A stretch of DNA of 61,973 nucleotides from the NCBI GenBank assembly GCA_964441585.1, contig CAYTXS010000001.1, forward strand, positions 1 through 61,973, written 5' to 3'. Below the pieces are notes generated by a model that saw only the letters and a list, made by a program, of their open reading frames with translations, ran no database searches and was not told the origin of the DNA. Shown here one piece after another: positions 9,286-21,881 of this stretch. A program made the position numbers and the translations under genes. The stretch is from an uncultured Thioalkalivibrio sp. GTDB lineage: Bacteria > Pseudomonadota > Gammaproteobacteria > Steroidobacterales > XN24. The stretch's first letter is position 1, and every line of letters starts with the position of its first letter.

Positions 9286-10371
9286 TTAAAGCCAGTCCCG
9301 CCGGCGAAACATCCATGCCATGCCCGCCCCGATGACGACGAACAGCAGGATCACCAGCGGATAGCCGTAACGGGCCCGCAGTTCGGGCATGTTCCACGGG
9401 CTCGCGTCCGGATCGAAGTTCATGCCGTAGATCCCGGCGATGAAGGTCAGGGGGATGAAAATCGTGGCGATGATCGTGAGCAGTTTCATGACTTCGTTCA
9501 TGCGATGGCTGACGCCCATCAGGTGCAGTTCATGCAGGCCCCGGGTGGCCTCGGCAAGGGTGTCGATCGTGTCGCCGATCCGCAGGTGGTGATCCAGCAC
9601 ATCGCGGACGTAGCGCCGGGTCGCGGCGCCCAGTGGCGAGTCGTCTTCGCGCAGGAGTTGGCCCAGCGCCTCCTCGCCGGGAAGCACCATTCGCCGCATC
9701 AGGGCGAGCTTGCGACGCAGGCCGTGGATCTCCGGAATCGTCGCCGCTTGCGGATCCTCCAGCAACTCGTCTTCCAGGTTCTCGATGCGCTCGCTGAAAA
9801 TTTCCAGTACCGGAAAGGCTGAGTCCACCGCCGCGTCCACCAGGCAGTAGAAAAGATAATCCGCCCCCCGCTTGCGCAGCCGGCCGCTGAGGCTGTTGTG
9901 CAGCCGATGCCGGATGGGGGCGACCAGCGCCGGGTCGCCGCTCCAGAAACTGATCACCCAGTGTGGTCCGAGGAGCAGGCTCAATTGTTCCAGGGTCAGT
10001 TCGCCTTCGTGCAGCACGGGTATCGCGACGACCATGAAGCTGTGTCCCTCGTAACGCTCCAGCTTTGTTCTCTGCCGGCCGTGGTGGATGTCCTCGAGCG
10101 CCAGCGGATCGAGCCCGAGCCGCTCCTGCAGCCAGCGTAACGCGGTCACATCGGGAGCGGCCGGAAAATGTATCCAGTCGATCACTTCCGGAGTCAGCCC
10201 GCGCAAAGCCTCCTCGAGTCCGATCGAGGGGTGCTCCCTTATCGTTGCTTCGTTGTAACTGTGCCAGGCCACCGCGGTGTCGGTCACGTCCGGCACCGCG
10301 GACTCGATAGGGTGCCCGGGCGGGCTGCCGGGGGGATTGCCCTGTGGGATTCTTCTGCGGCGCTTGCTCAT
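9286..10371 (-). CDS. corA: Magnesium/cobalt transporter CorA
   Basis: MNEVMKLLTIIATIFIPLTFIAGIYGMNF...MPEL signature; start chosen at MSKRRRR. Confidence 0.92.
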   Translation of the reverse strand: MSKRRRRIPQGNPPGSPPGHPIESAVPDVTDTAVAWHSYNEATIREHPSIGLEEALRGLTPEVIDWIHFPAAPDVTALRWLQERLGLDPLALEDIHHGRQRTKLERYEGHSFMVVAIPVLHEGELTLEQLSLLLGPHWVISFWSGDPALVAPIRHRLHNSLSGRLRKRGADYLFYCLVDAAVDSAFPVLEIFSERIENLEDELLEDPQAATIPEIHGLRRKLALMRRMVLPGEEALGQLLREDDSPLGAATRRYVRDVLDHHLRIGDTIDTLAEATRGLHELHLMGVSHRMNEVMKLLTIIATIFIPLTFIAGIYGMNFDPDASPWNMPELRARYGYPLVILLFVVIGAGMAWMFRRRDWL

Positions 10372-10487
10372 CACGGACTTCTTAGTCGGACACCAATGGA
10401 TAATAGCCTGTCGCGGGCGCAGGGGGCAGCGGCGCCGCGTGTCGCAGTACAATCTGTCGGAGAGACATGAATCCGGAGCATGCTTGC

Positions 10488-11345
10488 ATGGCTTGCCTGT
10501 TCGTCGAACAACTGACGGTGCTCGATTTCTCGCGTCTTGATCGCGAGCGCGGCCTGGTGGGCGAAAGCTGGATCGTCGATCTCGAACTGGAAGGCGCCCT
10601 CGACGAGCAGTCGATGGTGCTGGATTTCGGTATCGTGAAACAGGTGGCGCTGGATGCGCTGGAGCAATTCGCAGACCATAAACTGCTGGTCCCGGCCGCT
10701 TCCAGCTGGGTGTCGATCTCCCCGCCGGCTGCAGATCCGGGCGCCCCGGTCGAGGTCCGCGCCGCGGGACTGCGATTATGTTCGCCCGACGTCGCCGTGT
10801 GCCGCCTGGAGGCAGAAGAGGTCACCATGCCGCTGCTGCAGGCCGCGCTGGAAAAATGTGTCGCCGCCGTGATGCCGGCAACCGTCCGGACCGTGCGCGT
10901 GGCGCTCCGCGAGGAGGCCAACGCGGGTGCCTATTACCATTACAGCCACGGCCTTAAACGACATGCCGGAGACTGCCAGCGCATTGCCCACGGACACCGC
11001 TCGCGTATCGAGATCCGGGCGGATGGGCTGCGCAACGACCAGTGGGAACACTACTGGGCCGAACGCTGGCGCGACATCTATATCGCTTCCCGCGAGGACC
11101 TGGTGGCGGAGACCACGCTGGACGATCGGCCTGCCTGCCGCTTTGCCTATTGGGCGGCGCAGGGCCGGTTCGAACTCGAAATCTGGAGCGAGCGCTGTGA
11201 ACTGGTGCCCAGCGATACCACGGTGGAGCAGCTTGCGGCTTATATCGCCGCGGAACTGGCACGACTGGAACCCGGCACCGCGTTCCGCGTGCGCGCCTAC
11301 GAGGGCATCCAGAAGGGCGCCGTGGCCGAAAACCGATTCGCCTGA
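10488..11345 (+). CDS. 6-pyruvoyl/6-carboxy-tetrahydropterin synthase-like protein (tandem T-fold)
   Basis: MVLDFGIVK...DHKLLVP in domain 1; HYSHGLKRHAGDCQRIAHGHRS and TTVEQLA in domain 2. Confidence 0.8.
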   Translation: MACLFVEQLTVLDFSRLDRERGLVGESWIVDLELEGALDEQSMVLDFGIVKQVALDALEQFADHKLLVPAASSWVSISPPAADPGAPVEVRAAGLRLCSPDVAVCRLEAEEVTMPLLQAALEKCVAAVMPATVRTVRVALREEANAGAYYHYSHGLKRHAGDCQRIAHGHRSRIEIRADGLRNDQWEHYWAERWRDIYIASREDLVAETTLDDRPACRFAYWAAQGRFELEIWSERCELVPSDTTVEQLAAYIAAELARLEPGTAFRVRAYEGIQKGAVAENRFA

Positions 11346-11369
11346 CGGGGGCGCGGATCGGCCACGGTA

Positions 11370-11398
11370 TTGGAAATGGGTGATTCCGCCCCCAAGAT
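11370..11398 (+). promoter_or_regulatory. Probable sigma-32 (RpoH) promoter of htpX
   Basis: TTGGAAA-N13-CCCCAAGAT, close to CTTGAAA-N13/14-CCCCATNT, upstream of a known heat-shock gene. Confidence 0.55.
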
Positions 11399-11437
11399 AG
11401 GCGGAATGCCCCTGTTCGGCGGCAAGGAGAGTTCTCG

Positions 11438-12322
11438 ATGAAGCGCGTGTTACTGTTTCTCGCGACCAACATCGCGGTGCTGGTGGTCCTGTCGATCGTC
11501 CTCAGCCTGATCGGATTCGAAGGCATCCTGGATCAACAGGGGGTCGATCTCGATCTCGGCCAGCTGCTGGTGTTCGCCGCGATCTTCGGCTTCGGAGGAT
11601 CCTTCATCTCGCTTGCGATCTCCAAGTGGAGCGCCAAGCGGATGACCGGCGCCAAGGTGATCACGCAGCCGTCCAGCCCGGTCGAGAGCTGGCTGATCGA
11701 GACGGTGCGCCGCCAGGCCCGCGAGGCGGGCATCGGCATGCCCGAGGTGGCGATCTTCGACGCGCAGCAACCCAATGCCTTCGCCACCGGCGCGCGGCGT
11801 GACAGTTCGCTGGTCGCGGTGAGCACCGGATTGCTCAGGAATATGCGCAAGGAGGAGGTCGAAGCGGTCCTGGCCCACGAGATCAGTCACGTGGCGAACG
11901 GGGACATGGTGACGCTGACCCTCGTCCAGGGTGTGGTGAACACTTTCGTGATCTTTTTCTCCCGCGTCATTGGTCATCTCGTCGACCGGCTGGTATTCCG
12001 CACGGAGCGCGGGCATGGCCCCGGTTTCTGGATCGTGACCATCGTCGCGCAGATCTTTCTCGGCATCCTGGCGAGCATCATCGTCATGTGGTTCTCCCGG
12101 CAGCGGGAGTTCCGTGCGGACGCCGGCGGAGCGCGTCTCGCGGGGCGGGAGCGCATGATCTCGGCCCTGGAGCGCCTGAAGCAGGGCCACAACGCGACCT
12201 TGCCGGACCAGTTGGCCGCCTACGGGATATCCGGGCATCGAGCGTCCGGCTTCAAGCGACTGTTCATGACCCATCCGCCGCTTGACGAGCGTATCGCGGC
12301 GTTGCGCCGGATGACCGGGTAG
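11438..12322 (+). CDS. htpX: Membrane zinc metalloprotease HtpX
   Basis: [35 protein letters not shown] (HExxH), [19 protein letters not shown]. Confidence 0.96.
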   Translation: MKRVLLFLATNIAVLVVLSIVLSLIGFEGILDQQGVDLDLGQLLVFAAIFGFGGSFISLAISKWSAKRMTGAKVITQPSSPVESWLIETVRRQAREAGIGMPEVAIFDAQQPNAFATGARRDSSLVAVSTGLLRNMRKEEVEAVLAHEISHVANGDMVTLTLVQGVVNTFVIFFSRVIGHLVDRLVFRTERGHGPGFWIVTIVAQIFLGILASIIVMWFSRQREFRADAGGARLAGRERMISALERLKQGHNATLPDQLAAYGISGHRASGFKRLFMTHPPLDERIAALRRMTG

Positions 12323-12426
12323 GGCGCGGCGGGGAAGGGACAGCCAAGGCGATCGGCCCGGCCCCCGGCGCTTGTCATCGGGCCGGTCGAGGAACTACTC
12401 TACGCGTCCCCGGGTCCGAGGATGTC

Positions 12427-12813
12427 ATGAGGACACTTCGCCAGCACCGTCGCAGCCTTGCAGGACTGACCGCCAGCCTGTTCGTGGCGGTATGGGCGAG
12501 CATGGCGATTGCACCCTGCCTGATGGCGGCGGAGGCGGTCCTGGACGGCGACTGCCCGCATTGCCCGGAGCCGCCGCCCTGCCATGACCCCGGCGAGACG
12601 GGCGTCTGCACCTACGTGGACGGTTACGATTTCGACGGCCGCACGCCGGTTTCCCCGAAGGTGGATGTCGAGCTCGTGCTGGCGCCGCCCCTGGTCATGC
12701 AGGCCGTGGCATTGCCGGTGCTGCGCAGTCCTCCCCCCGGTCGCGAGGCCCGCGCCCCGCCCGATCCGCATGGCCCCCGCATCCATCTCAGGAACTCCGT
12801 CTTCCTGAACTAG
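12427..12813 (+). CDS. Cys-rich upstream ORF with CxxC and RAPP motifs (DUF2946/CruR/CutF-like leader)
   Basis: N-terminal hydrophobic signal-like segment, CPHC at 12553-12564, RAPP at 12751-12762; GAGGA RBS; directly upstream of the metal efflux operon. Confidence 0.7.
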   Translation: MRTLRQHRRSLAGLTASLFVAVWASMAIAPCLMAAEAVLDGDCPHCPEPPPCHDPGETGVCTYVDGYDFDGRTPVSPKVDVELVLAPPLVMQAVALPVLRSPPPGREARAPPDPHGPRIHLRNSVFLN

Positions 12814-12853
12814 CGCCTCCGTTTCGAACGACCCTGTTCGATTCATGGAGGTG
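12814..12853 (+). promoter_or_regulatory. Shine-Dalgarno-sequestering hairpin in front of the TolC/CusC gene
   Basis: CGCCTCC(GT) at 12814-12822 pairs with (AT)GGAGGTG at 12845-12853; inner stem TCGAAC/GTTCGA at 12824-12841. Confidence 0.7.
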
Positions 12854-12858
12854 TTTTC

Positions 12859-14349
12859 ATGTTCCGTTTCCTCACGGCCCCTTGGGGCCGACTGCACAAT
12901 TTCGTTTCCATCGCGCGTCGCGTCTTGCCCGTGGCTGTGCTGCTGCCGTGGGCAGCCGGCTGCGCCGCGCCTTACGCGCTGCCCGACGATGCCCGCGTGC
13001 GGCCCTTGGGCTCTCCCGCGGTGCTTGCACCGCCGCCGGTGCTCGCGGCGCGGCCCAGTGAGCGTCACGGCGTCCAGCCCACCGCAGCGCCCTTGCCGGA
13101 ACCCGCCGCGCTCAACGACTACGTCGATTACGCGTTGCGCCACAGCCCGGCCCTGGCGGCGGCGTACCAGGAATGGCGCGCGGCAGCGGAGCGCGTGCCG
13201 CAGGCGCGCAGCCTGCCCGACCCGCAACTCGGCGTGGGGCTGGTGTTCGACCAGGTAGAACAGGACGCCAGCTACATGGGCGAACGCTATTCGATCTCCC
13301 AGCGCTTCCCCTGGTTCGGTAAGCTCGGCCTGCAGGGGGACATCGCCCTGGAGGACGTCCGTCTTGCGGCGCGGCGCTACGAGGCGCAGCGGCTGCAGCT
13401 GGCAGAGCAGGTGACGGGCGCATGGTTCGAACTGGCATGGCTGCATGCCGCCCGGGCCGTCGCGGCCGAGAATCGCGCCTTGCTGGCCAGCCTCGAATCC
13501 ATCACGCGGGCACGCTACCGCGTCGGCGAGACCTCGTTGGCGGACGTCAATCGCGCACAGGTGGAGCTGGGGCGCATCGACGACCAACTGCGCTCGCTCG
13601 AAGACCTGCGCGGTCCGGCTGCAGCCCGGTTGAACGCGCTGCTCGGCCGGCCCGCGGATGCCGAACTGGGAGGTAATTTCGACGCGCCCTCGAAACAGTA
13701 TGTGCCGGAGCTCCCGGGGCTTGATGACGTCCGGTGGCTGGCCCTTGCCAGGGAATACAATCCCGGGCTGGCCGCCGCGGAGCACGCGGTCGAGCGGGAA
13801 AGCCGGGCGGAAGCTCTCGCGCGGCGCGAGTACTACCCCGACGTGACCCTCGGTGTCGAGTACGGCCGGGATGCCAATGCGCGCATGGCCCGCATGGATG
13901 GCGGCGGCGCTGATACGGTAGCCGGCATGATCTCGTTCAGCCTGCCGATCCGTCGCGGACGGATCGCGGCAGGGGTGCGTGAAGCCCGGGCGCGGCTTAA
14001 CGCGGCCGCGCATGCGGCGCAGGCCGAGGCCTTCGATCTCGAGGCCGAGCTGCAACAGGCCCTGTTCGTCCGCCGTGACACCGCCCGCCGGATGCAGCTC
14101 TACGGCAGCACCCTGTTGCCCAAGGCGCGCCAGTCGCTCGCCTCGGTGGAGACGGCCTATCTGACCGGGGAAGCCGGTTTTTCGGATCTCATTGAAGCGC
14201 ACCGCGTGGTGCTCGAATTCTCTCTTGCGCACGAGCGAGCTGCCGCCGACCGGGCCCGTGCGATCGCCGGCATACGCAGCCTCGTCGGCGCTCCCCTCGA
14301 GGACCTCGAGACCCTTGCGGCGCCACACACGGAGTCAGTCGATGAATAA
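12859..14349 (+). CDS. TolC-family outer membrane efflux lipoprotein (CusC-like)
   Basis: Lipobox AAGC; QARSLPDPQL, ISQRFPWFGKL, REYYPDVTLG; heptad-rich helices. Confidence 0.9.
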   Translation: MFRFLTAPWGRLHNFVSIARRVLPVAVLLPWAAGCAAPYALPDDARVRPLGSPAVLAPPPVLAARPSERHGVQPTAAPLPEPAALNDYVDYALRHSPALAAAYQEWRAAAERVPQARSLPDPQLGVGLVFDQVEQDASYMGERYSISQRFPWFGKLGLQGDIALEDVRLAARRYEAQRLQLAEQVTGAWFELAWLHAARAVAAENRALLASLESITRARYRVGETSLADVNRAQVELGRIDDQLRSLEDLRGPAAARLNALLGRPADAELGGNFDAPSKQYVPELPGLDDVRWLALAREYNPGLAAAEHAVERESRAEALARREYYPDVTLGVEYGRDANARMARMDGGGADTVAGMISFSLPIRRGRIAAGVREARARLNAAAHAAQAEAFDLEAELQQALFVRRDTARRMQLYGSTLLPKARQSLASVETAYLTGEAGFSDLIEAHRVVLEFSLAHERAAADRARAIAGIRSLVGAPLEDLETLAAPHTESVDE

Positions 14350-16272
14350 GCGATCCATGGGCCGCACGAGCGGCGTGATGTTGGCCGGCCTGGTGATCGG
14401 CGGCCTGCTGGCGGGTCTGCTGCTCGGCGCCTTGCTATCCCGTGACGCCAGCGGCCCCGAGATCGGACAGGACCCGACGGCGTCGCAAGCAGGCGCGCCC
14501 GGAGCCGATGGGGCGGCTGCCGTTTTCACCGAGACCATCTACACCTGCTCGATGCATCCGCAGGTGCGCTCCACTGATCCTGACGAACCATGCCCGATCT
14601 GCGGCATGCAGTTGATCCCGGTGCCCACGGATGCGGATGAGAGTGCGGTCGCCGGCGAGGCGCCTCGTCTCCGCGTCACGGAGCGGGCCGCCGCGCTCAT
14701 GCAACTCCAGGTCTGGCCGGCCGAACGTCGCAATGTGCAGGTACCCGTTTCGTTGTACGGGCAGCTCGATTACGACGAGACGCGCCTGCGCACGATCGCG
14801 GCATGGGCGCCGGGGCGTCTCGAGCGGCTGCATTTCGACTACACCGGCGCGCAGGTGCGCCAGGGTGAAGCGCTGGTGACGCTCTACAGCCCGCAGCTGA
14901 TCGCAGCCCAGGAGGAGCTGTTGCAGGCGTCGCGTGCCTGGCAGGCGTTGCAGGACGACGGCATCGGCATCGTGCGCGAGACGACCGGCCTCACTGTCGA
15001 GGCCGCGCGCGAGCGCCTGCGCCTGCTCGGCCTGGATGCGGCGCAGGTCGAAGCACTGGAGCAGCGGGGACGCGTGGAGGACTACATCACGATCCCGGCC
15101 CCGGTCGGCGGCATCGTCATCGAGCGAATGGCGACGACGGGAGAGTACGTCGAGACAGGGGAGCCGATCTATCGCATCGCCGATCTGTCGCGGTTGTGGG
15201 CCCAGTTCGAGGTGTACGAGGACGACCTGGAGCATCTGTCCGCCGGGCAGATGCTCACGTTCACCACCCGCAGCCTGCCGGGCGTCGAATTCTCCGGCAG
15301 CGTCGATTTCGTCGATCCTGTGATCGACCAGCGCAGCCGCACGGCACGCGTGCGGGTCGTGCTCGAGAATCCCGCCGGCCGACTGAAGCCCGGCATGCTG
15401 GTGCAGGGTGATGTCTCGGGCCCGACGAATGGCGACGCTTCGGCGCCGCTGGTCATTCCGTCTTCAGCACCGTTGCGCACGGGTCGTCGCGCCGTCGTCT
15501 ACGTCCAGCTGCCCGAGTCGGAACAGCCGACCTTCGAAGCACGCGAGGTCGTACTCGGCCCGTCGACCGGCGAATGGACAGTGGTGGAGTCGGGCCTGGA
15601 GGAGGGTGCACTCGTCGTGACCCATGGTGCCTTCAAGATCGATTCGGAGCTACAGATCCGCGGGCGGTCGAGCATGATGCAGCCGGCCGGGGGCGCGGCG
15701 CCGCAACATCATCACGGCCCCGTTGAGCCGCAAGCCGGCGAGGCGCGTTCCTCCGACAACATGCAACCGGTTGCGGCATCGGCAAGCCATGAGGCGCCCG
15801 AAGCGTTCCGGATCGCCCTGGGAGACGTCGTGAATGCGCAGTTCGAGCTCGTTCGCGCGCTGGCCGCGGACGATCCACAGGCAGCGACCCGTGCTGCGCT
15901 CGCGGTCGACGGGGTGATTCATGCGATCGACGCGACGCCTCTGCAGGGGACGGAGGCCCGGCAGGACTGGAACCGGTGGGCGCAGCAGATGCACGAGGGC
16001 ATCGGCAAGCTGGCCGCCGCCGAGCGTCTCGATATGCAGCGACGCCACTTCGAGGAATTCAGCAATGCGCTGACCACCGCCGTGCAGGCTTTCGGCGTGT
16101 CCGGTACGGCATCCGTCTACCGGGCGATCTGTCCGATGGTGGACGGCCGCGACGGCTACTGGCTGCAGGAAGGAGAGACCATCACTAATCCTTACCACGG
16201 CGCCTCGATGCTGCGCTGTGGCTGGATCGCCGAAACGCTCGTGGACAGTGACCACGAGCCGGTGCCAGGACC

Positions 16273-16276
<4 letters not shown>
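14342..16276 (+). CDS. RND periplasmic adaptor (CusB-like) with heavy-metal-binding domain and DUF3347-like C-terminus
   Basis: YTCSMHPQVRSTDPDEPCPICGMQLIP; LYSPQLIAAQEELL; LKPGM; C-terminal CPMV...WLQ...NPYHGASMLRCG. Confidence 0.9.
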
Positions 16277-20148
<3,872 letters not shown>

Positions 20149-20249
20149 TCCGCTCGGTGCCCGCGGATTGCCCGCGGGATGCCTTGTGCACCGGTTGGAA
20201 TGGCTCCCGAGGCGGACATGTCGTCCGCCATGTCAACGGAGCAAAAGCC

Positions 20250-20990
20250 ATGAAAAGCAGCATCATCACTCTCGCCGTCATCACCACCCTGGCCGCGACG
20301 CCGGCCCTCGCCGCGGAGAGTTCACCGGCGGAGGCCCGCCACAATGCAATCGGGATCGTCGCCGGGGGGCTTCTCGGCGCGGTGATCGGCGGACCCCCGG
20401 GACTGATCGCCGGCATGGCAGTGGGGGGCATCACCAGCGACCAGCAGATTGCCCGGTCCCGCGTCGGCTCGCTGGAGTCGCTTGCAGGCCAACTGCGAGA
20501 CGAGCAGCGTGACCTGGAAACCGAGCGCGCCGGCCTGCAGGCACGCGTGGCCTCGCTCGGCGAAGCCCTCGAGCGCGAACGGGAACTGGCCGGCCGCGCC
20601 GCGGAGACACTTATGCTGACGGACGGACTCGAGTTTAGCATCGGTTTTCGCAGCAACAGCGCCGCGCCGCCCGAGACGCTGGACGAGAGCCTCGAGGCGC
20701 TGGCGACACTGGTCAGCGCCGTTCCGGAACTCACGATTCAGCTGGACGGCTATGCGGATCCGCGTGGCAGTGCGGTGCTGAACTCGGAATTATCGATGCA
20801 AAGGGCCGAGGCCGTACGTGAGCGACTCGTTGCCGCGGGCGTCGATCCGCAGCGTATCCAGGTCGCCGGCCATGGTGCCGTCGTCGCGGACGGGGCCGGG
20901 CAGGCGGATCCCGACGAGTGGGCCATGCAGCGCCGTGTGGACCTGCGCCTGCAAAGCGACTCTGGCGAACGCCTGGTGTCCACGCCCTGA
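20250..20990 (+). CDS. OmpA-family protein resembling sortase-associated PdsO
   Basis: Signal peptide, glycine zipper GGLLGAVIGGPPGLIAG, coiled coil, OmpA C-domain DGYADPRG...NSELSMQRAEAV...QRRVDL. Confidence 0.75.
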   Translation: MKSSIITLAVITTLAATPALAAESSPAEARHNAIGIVAGGLLGAVIGGPPGLIAGMAVGGITSDQQIARSRVGSLESLAGQLRDEQRDLETERAGLQARVASLGEALERERELAGRAAETLMLTDGLEFSIGFRSNSAAPPETLDESLEALATLVSAVPELTIQLDGYADPRGSAVLNSELSMQRAEAVRERLVAAGVDPQRIQVAGHGAVVADGAGQADPDEWAMQRRVDLRLQSDSGERLVSTP

Positions 20991-21008
20991 GCAGGGCGGG
21001 GCGAGAAC

Positions 21009-21042
21009 GGCGGCGGTGGCCGGATAGTTCGGCACCGCCGCC
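21009..21042 (+). terminator. GC-rich stem-loop after the OmpA gene
   Basis: GGCGGCGGTG...CACCGCCGCC 10-bp stem; no U-tract. Confidence 0.35.
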
Positions 21043-21132
21043 AGCCCGCCGGCCTCCAGTGCAGCGTCGCACCGGGCCGCCGCCTAGAATGGGTGCTCTG
21101 GCAAGGAGCATCGCAGGAGATCGCCGCCGCCC

Positions 21133-21792
21133 ATGCAATTCGACGCAGACGTCCTTTCGCCGGGCCTGGTCTCCTTGTGCTGGATACTGGCCGGGCTGGT
21201 ACTACTGACCGCCCTGTCCGGCCTGGGCGCCGTCAGGAGCGCACCTCATCGCCTGCACCTCGTGGCCGGCGCAGCTGTCGCGCTGGCGCTGCTCTGGAGC
21301 GTGCGCGCCGGGGTGGATCCCGGTCTCGGGCTCCACGTGCTGGGCATCACCGCTGCGGTGTTGTTGCTCGGCTGGCGCCTGGCGATGCTCGCTGCCGCCC
21401 TGGCCTCGCTTGCGCTCGTGCTGGTGGGTGACATGCCGTGGGTCACGGCGCCGGCAGGCTGGTTGTTGTCGGCTGCTGTGCCCGGTGCCGTAGCGGCCGC
21501 GACGGCGTGGATAGCCCGCTTTCACCTGCCGCGCAATCCCTTCGTATTCATATTCGTCTGCGCGTTTTTCGCCTCGGGACTGGCGCTGTTGCTGACGTGG
21601 CTGCTGAGTGCGGCGCTGCTGTCCTGGTCCGGCCAGGCTTCGCCCAGCGGCGCCGACAGTTCCTTGCTGGCGTTTCTCCCGCTCGTGCTCTTTCCCGAGG
21701 GCTTCATCAACGGAGCCATCATGAGCATGCTGATCGTCTATCGTCCCGACTGGGTCCGGCTGTACGACGAGCGCTTCTATATTCGGACCTAG
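21133..21792 (+). CDS. CbiM-like ECF S-component membrane protein
   Basis: Multi-TM; GLHVLGITAAVLLLG, LPRNPFVFIFVCAFF, FPEGFING...YRPDWV. Confidence 0.8.
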   Translation: MQFDADVLSPGLVSLCWILAGLVLLTALSGLGAVRSAPHRLHLVAGAAVALALLWSVRAGVDPGLGLHVLGITAAVLLLGWRLAMLAAALASLALVLVGDMPWVTAPAGWLLSAAVPGAVAAATAWIARFHLPRNPFVFIFVCAFFASGLALLLTWLLSAALLSWSGQASPSGADSSLLAFLPLVLFPEGFINGAIMSMLIVYRPDWVRLYDERFYIRT

Positions 21793-21881
21793 CCACCGCC
21801 TCGCGACCGATATGCCGCCGGGGGCGGGATCGCGCGGATGGCATAATAACGCGTCAGAATTCATTCAGCCGAGGTCGTCGA

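Noticed and set aside
20168-20229. TTGCC-N6-ATGCC direct repeat and GGCGGAC/GTCCGCC hairpin upstream of the PdsO-like gene
   Set aside because: Too short to distinguish from chance at this GC content.
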